Positions 61,647 to 64,000 of a DNA stretch of 64,000 nucleotides are shown piece after piece. Under the pieces are notes generated by a model that did not search any database, was not told the DNA's origin, and was given only the letters and a program-made list of their open reading frames with translations. Each line of letters begins with the position of its first letter. Position 1 is the first letter of the stretch. Source of the DNA: Malacoraja senta. Lineage: Eukaryota. A program made the translations under genes and the position numbers. Where the stretch lies: assembly GCA_038087875.1 (NCBI GenBank), contig CM075990.1:12278001-12342000 (forward strand). Reading direction: 5' to 3'.

Positions 61647-62742
61647 CTCAAGTTGTTGGGGCCCATAGATACATAGAATAGAAAATAGGTGCAGGAGTAG
61701 GCCATTCGGCCCTTCGAGCCTGCACCGCCATTCAATATGATCATGGCTGATCATCCAACTCAGTATCCCGTACCTGCCTTCTCTCCATACCCCCTAATCC
61801 CTTTAGCCACAAGGGCCACATCTAACTCCCTCTTAAATATAGCTCAACAAACAGCAAGTTCACATCATAGAGTGCAAGTTGAATGGCTTTTTATTCCAAG
61901 AATTGTTGGTTGAGGATGGAGAGTTGGTGTGAAGATGAGGCATTCACCCTGCTCACCTTGTGATATGTGAAATTCCCAGCGTTCTCTCCGAGCTCTGGTG
62001 TTGGAGGATCAGCTTTACCATAAAAAGTATTACAAATTCTCAGTTATCAGAACGTGACAACTCTGACAGTTTGGCGAATGTTAGACAGTCCAAACTCCTG
62101 TCAGTGGTCTTGAACTCCCAAACCTCTGGCTCTGAGGCAAGTCTAGATTTCCCCACACTGTGAAGAGAGACTCATTCAAAGATCACAGTGGTTGATAGCC
62201 TCGGGCAGGTTAGGAATGAGCTCATTTATTCCTGTGGATATCTGCAGTCTCGACTCCTACACAGCGATGTCCCAGAGCTATGTGTTGTCCACAGTGAACA
62301 AAAGACTGTTTGTAAACAAAGCAGGAATGAATCTTTGTAGGTTTTCCAATTATCATTTAATGAGGGGATGTTGCACAATTGTTTGAATAGAGCGTGTGGC
62401 ATTTGTAACTTATACACCTGGTAGCATTGTCCATAATGAGTTCACATTGCCATTGAAGTAGCATTGAAGGTGTCATGCAGTCATGCAACTGAGATCTGAC
62501 TAGTAAACTTTGAAAGTCCATGGGCTTTTGTTGCGACTTGGCCTATCACCAAAGCGAAATTCTAACTTTAAAATCTTGTGTTTGGTTTATCAATTATTGA
62601 TTTTTCTTTTTTAATCTGCTGATGCTGGAAATCTGAAACAAAACCCCCAAAAAAACACTTGGGGAAACATTCAACAGGTCAGTCAGTTGGGCTTCTGATG
62701 CAGATCTGAATACGGTGTCTACAGTTTAGTTTATTGTCACAT

Positions 62743-63106
62743 GTAGACAAAAGTGCTGGAGAAACTCAGCGGGGTGCAGCAGCATCTATGGAGCGAAGGA
62801 AATAGGCAACGTTTCGGGCCCGAAACGTTGCCTATTTCCTTCGCTCCATAGATGATGCTGCTGCACCCGCTGAGTTTCTCCAGCACTTTTGTCTACCTTC
62901 GATTTTCCAGCATCTGCAGTTCCTTCTTAAACACGTATGTCATGTGTACCGAGGTACAGTGAAAAGCTTTTGTTACGTGCTATCCAGTCAGCGGGAAGAC
63001 AATACATGATTATCTGAAGAAGGGTCTCGACCCGAAACGTCACCCGTTCCTTCTCTCCAGAGATGCTGCCTGACCCGCTGAGTTACTCCAGCTTTTTGCG
63101 TTTATC
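62743..63106. mobile_element. Palindromic Penelope-terminus insert (62743-62933) and single-arm insert (63016-63106) nested in a LINE 3' UTR
   Basis: Second insert flanked by TACATGATTATCT at 63003-63015 and 63107-63119. Confidence 0.85.
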
Positions 63107-64000
63107 TACATGATTATCTTTCTCCTGTTTCTCTTGTCACAAGTCCTCTCTGATCTGCTAGCTATTTCCAACATTTTCTATTATTTATTTTGTGCCATTT
63201 TATATTAACTAAGAAAAACAAAGTTAACATTTCAGATCAAAGACTCGTCTTCAATCAATTCTTCTGTCGTCCCCAACGAGGGCTGGACCTCTGTCTCAAG
63301 CCCCTCCACCCTCTCCAGCTATGCTCCTTCATGGTTTAGTGGGTGCTGGAGCGGGGTTTCATTGTCAGATGGCACAGCTGGGTAATCTCCACGACTTTGC
63401 ATAATTAACTGTTTACAGCAACTTACCACTTTATTGGTTCGTAATTTGAAAGTATGTTTTCAAACGAAAATATGCCTGAGATGATTGCTTGAGATTAACC
63501 CAGGCACTGGCAGCTGGCAAAAGGAAATGTCAGCTGTCCATTTGACACTGCATGCAGCGACTGGAACATTCATTTCTTCGGGGAAATTACGTCTTTTCTC
63601 AGTGGCTCTGCTATCTCGTAGATTCATACAGTATGGGAAATGTCCTTCGGCCCATTGAGTCAATAGACAATAGACAATATGTGCAGGAGTAGGCCATTTG
63701 GCCCTTCGAGCCAGCACCGCCATTCAATGTGATTATGGCTGACCATCCCCAATCAGTACCCCGTTCCTGCCTTCATCCCCATATCCCCATGACTCCGCTA
63801 TTTTTAAGAGCCCTATCTAGCTCTCTCTTGAAAGCATCCAGAGAACCTGCCTCCACCGCCCTCTGAGGCAGAGAATTCCACAGACTCACCACTCTCTGTG
63901 AGAAAAAGTGTTTCCTCCTCTCCGTTCTAAATGGCTTACTCCTTATTCTTGAAGTCCATGGGTGGAGAGATGTAGACTGGTCCTGGTCACGAGAGTCCCA

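Overview
Eukaryotic, repeat-rich vertebrate DNA, very probably a cartilaginous fish (skate/ray) judging from the HE1-like V-SINEs, CR1, Penelope and Rex/Babar repeats (inference). The only host gene I can support is on the + strand: four coding exons of cadherin-23 (CDH23, hair-cell tip-link cadherin; EC5-EC6 region) at 32362-32426, 44074-44309, 51212-51317 and 59198-59325, all with AG/GT splice sites. Three match the recalled human exon lengths (65, 106, 128 bp). The second is 236 bp instead of 238 because of two single-base deletions in short homopolymers, giving an in-frame stop; this is either an assembly error or real gene damage. The rest appears intronic: LINE fragments (CR1, L1 with TSD, RTE, Rex/Babar), two Penelope-like GIY-YIG fragments, many short Penelope-terminus-derived inserts (often palindromic, with 11-14 bp TSDs and a minimal hammerhead-ribozyme-like motif), about 18 tRNA-derived SINE copies or fragments, four Harbinger-type MITEs, a Helitron 3' end, microsatellites and several local templated duplications and fold-back inversions. 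I see no prokaryotic system, CRISPR array or true tRNA/rRNA gene. Repeat boundaries are approximate unless a TSD/TIR is given; family names come from motif recall, not database searches.
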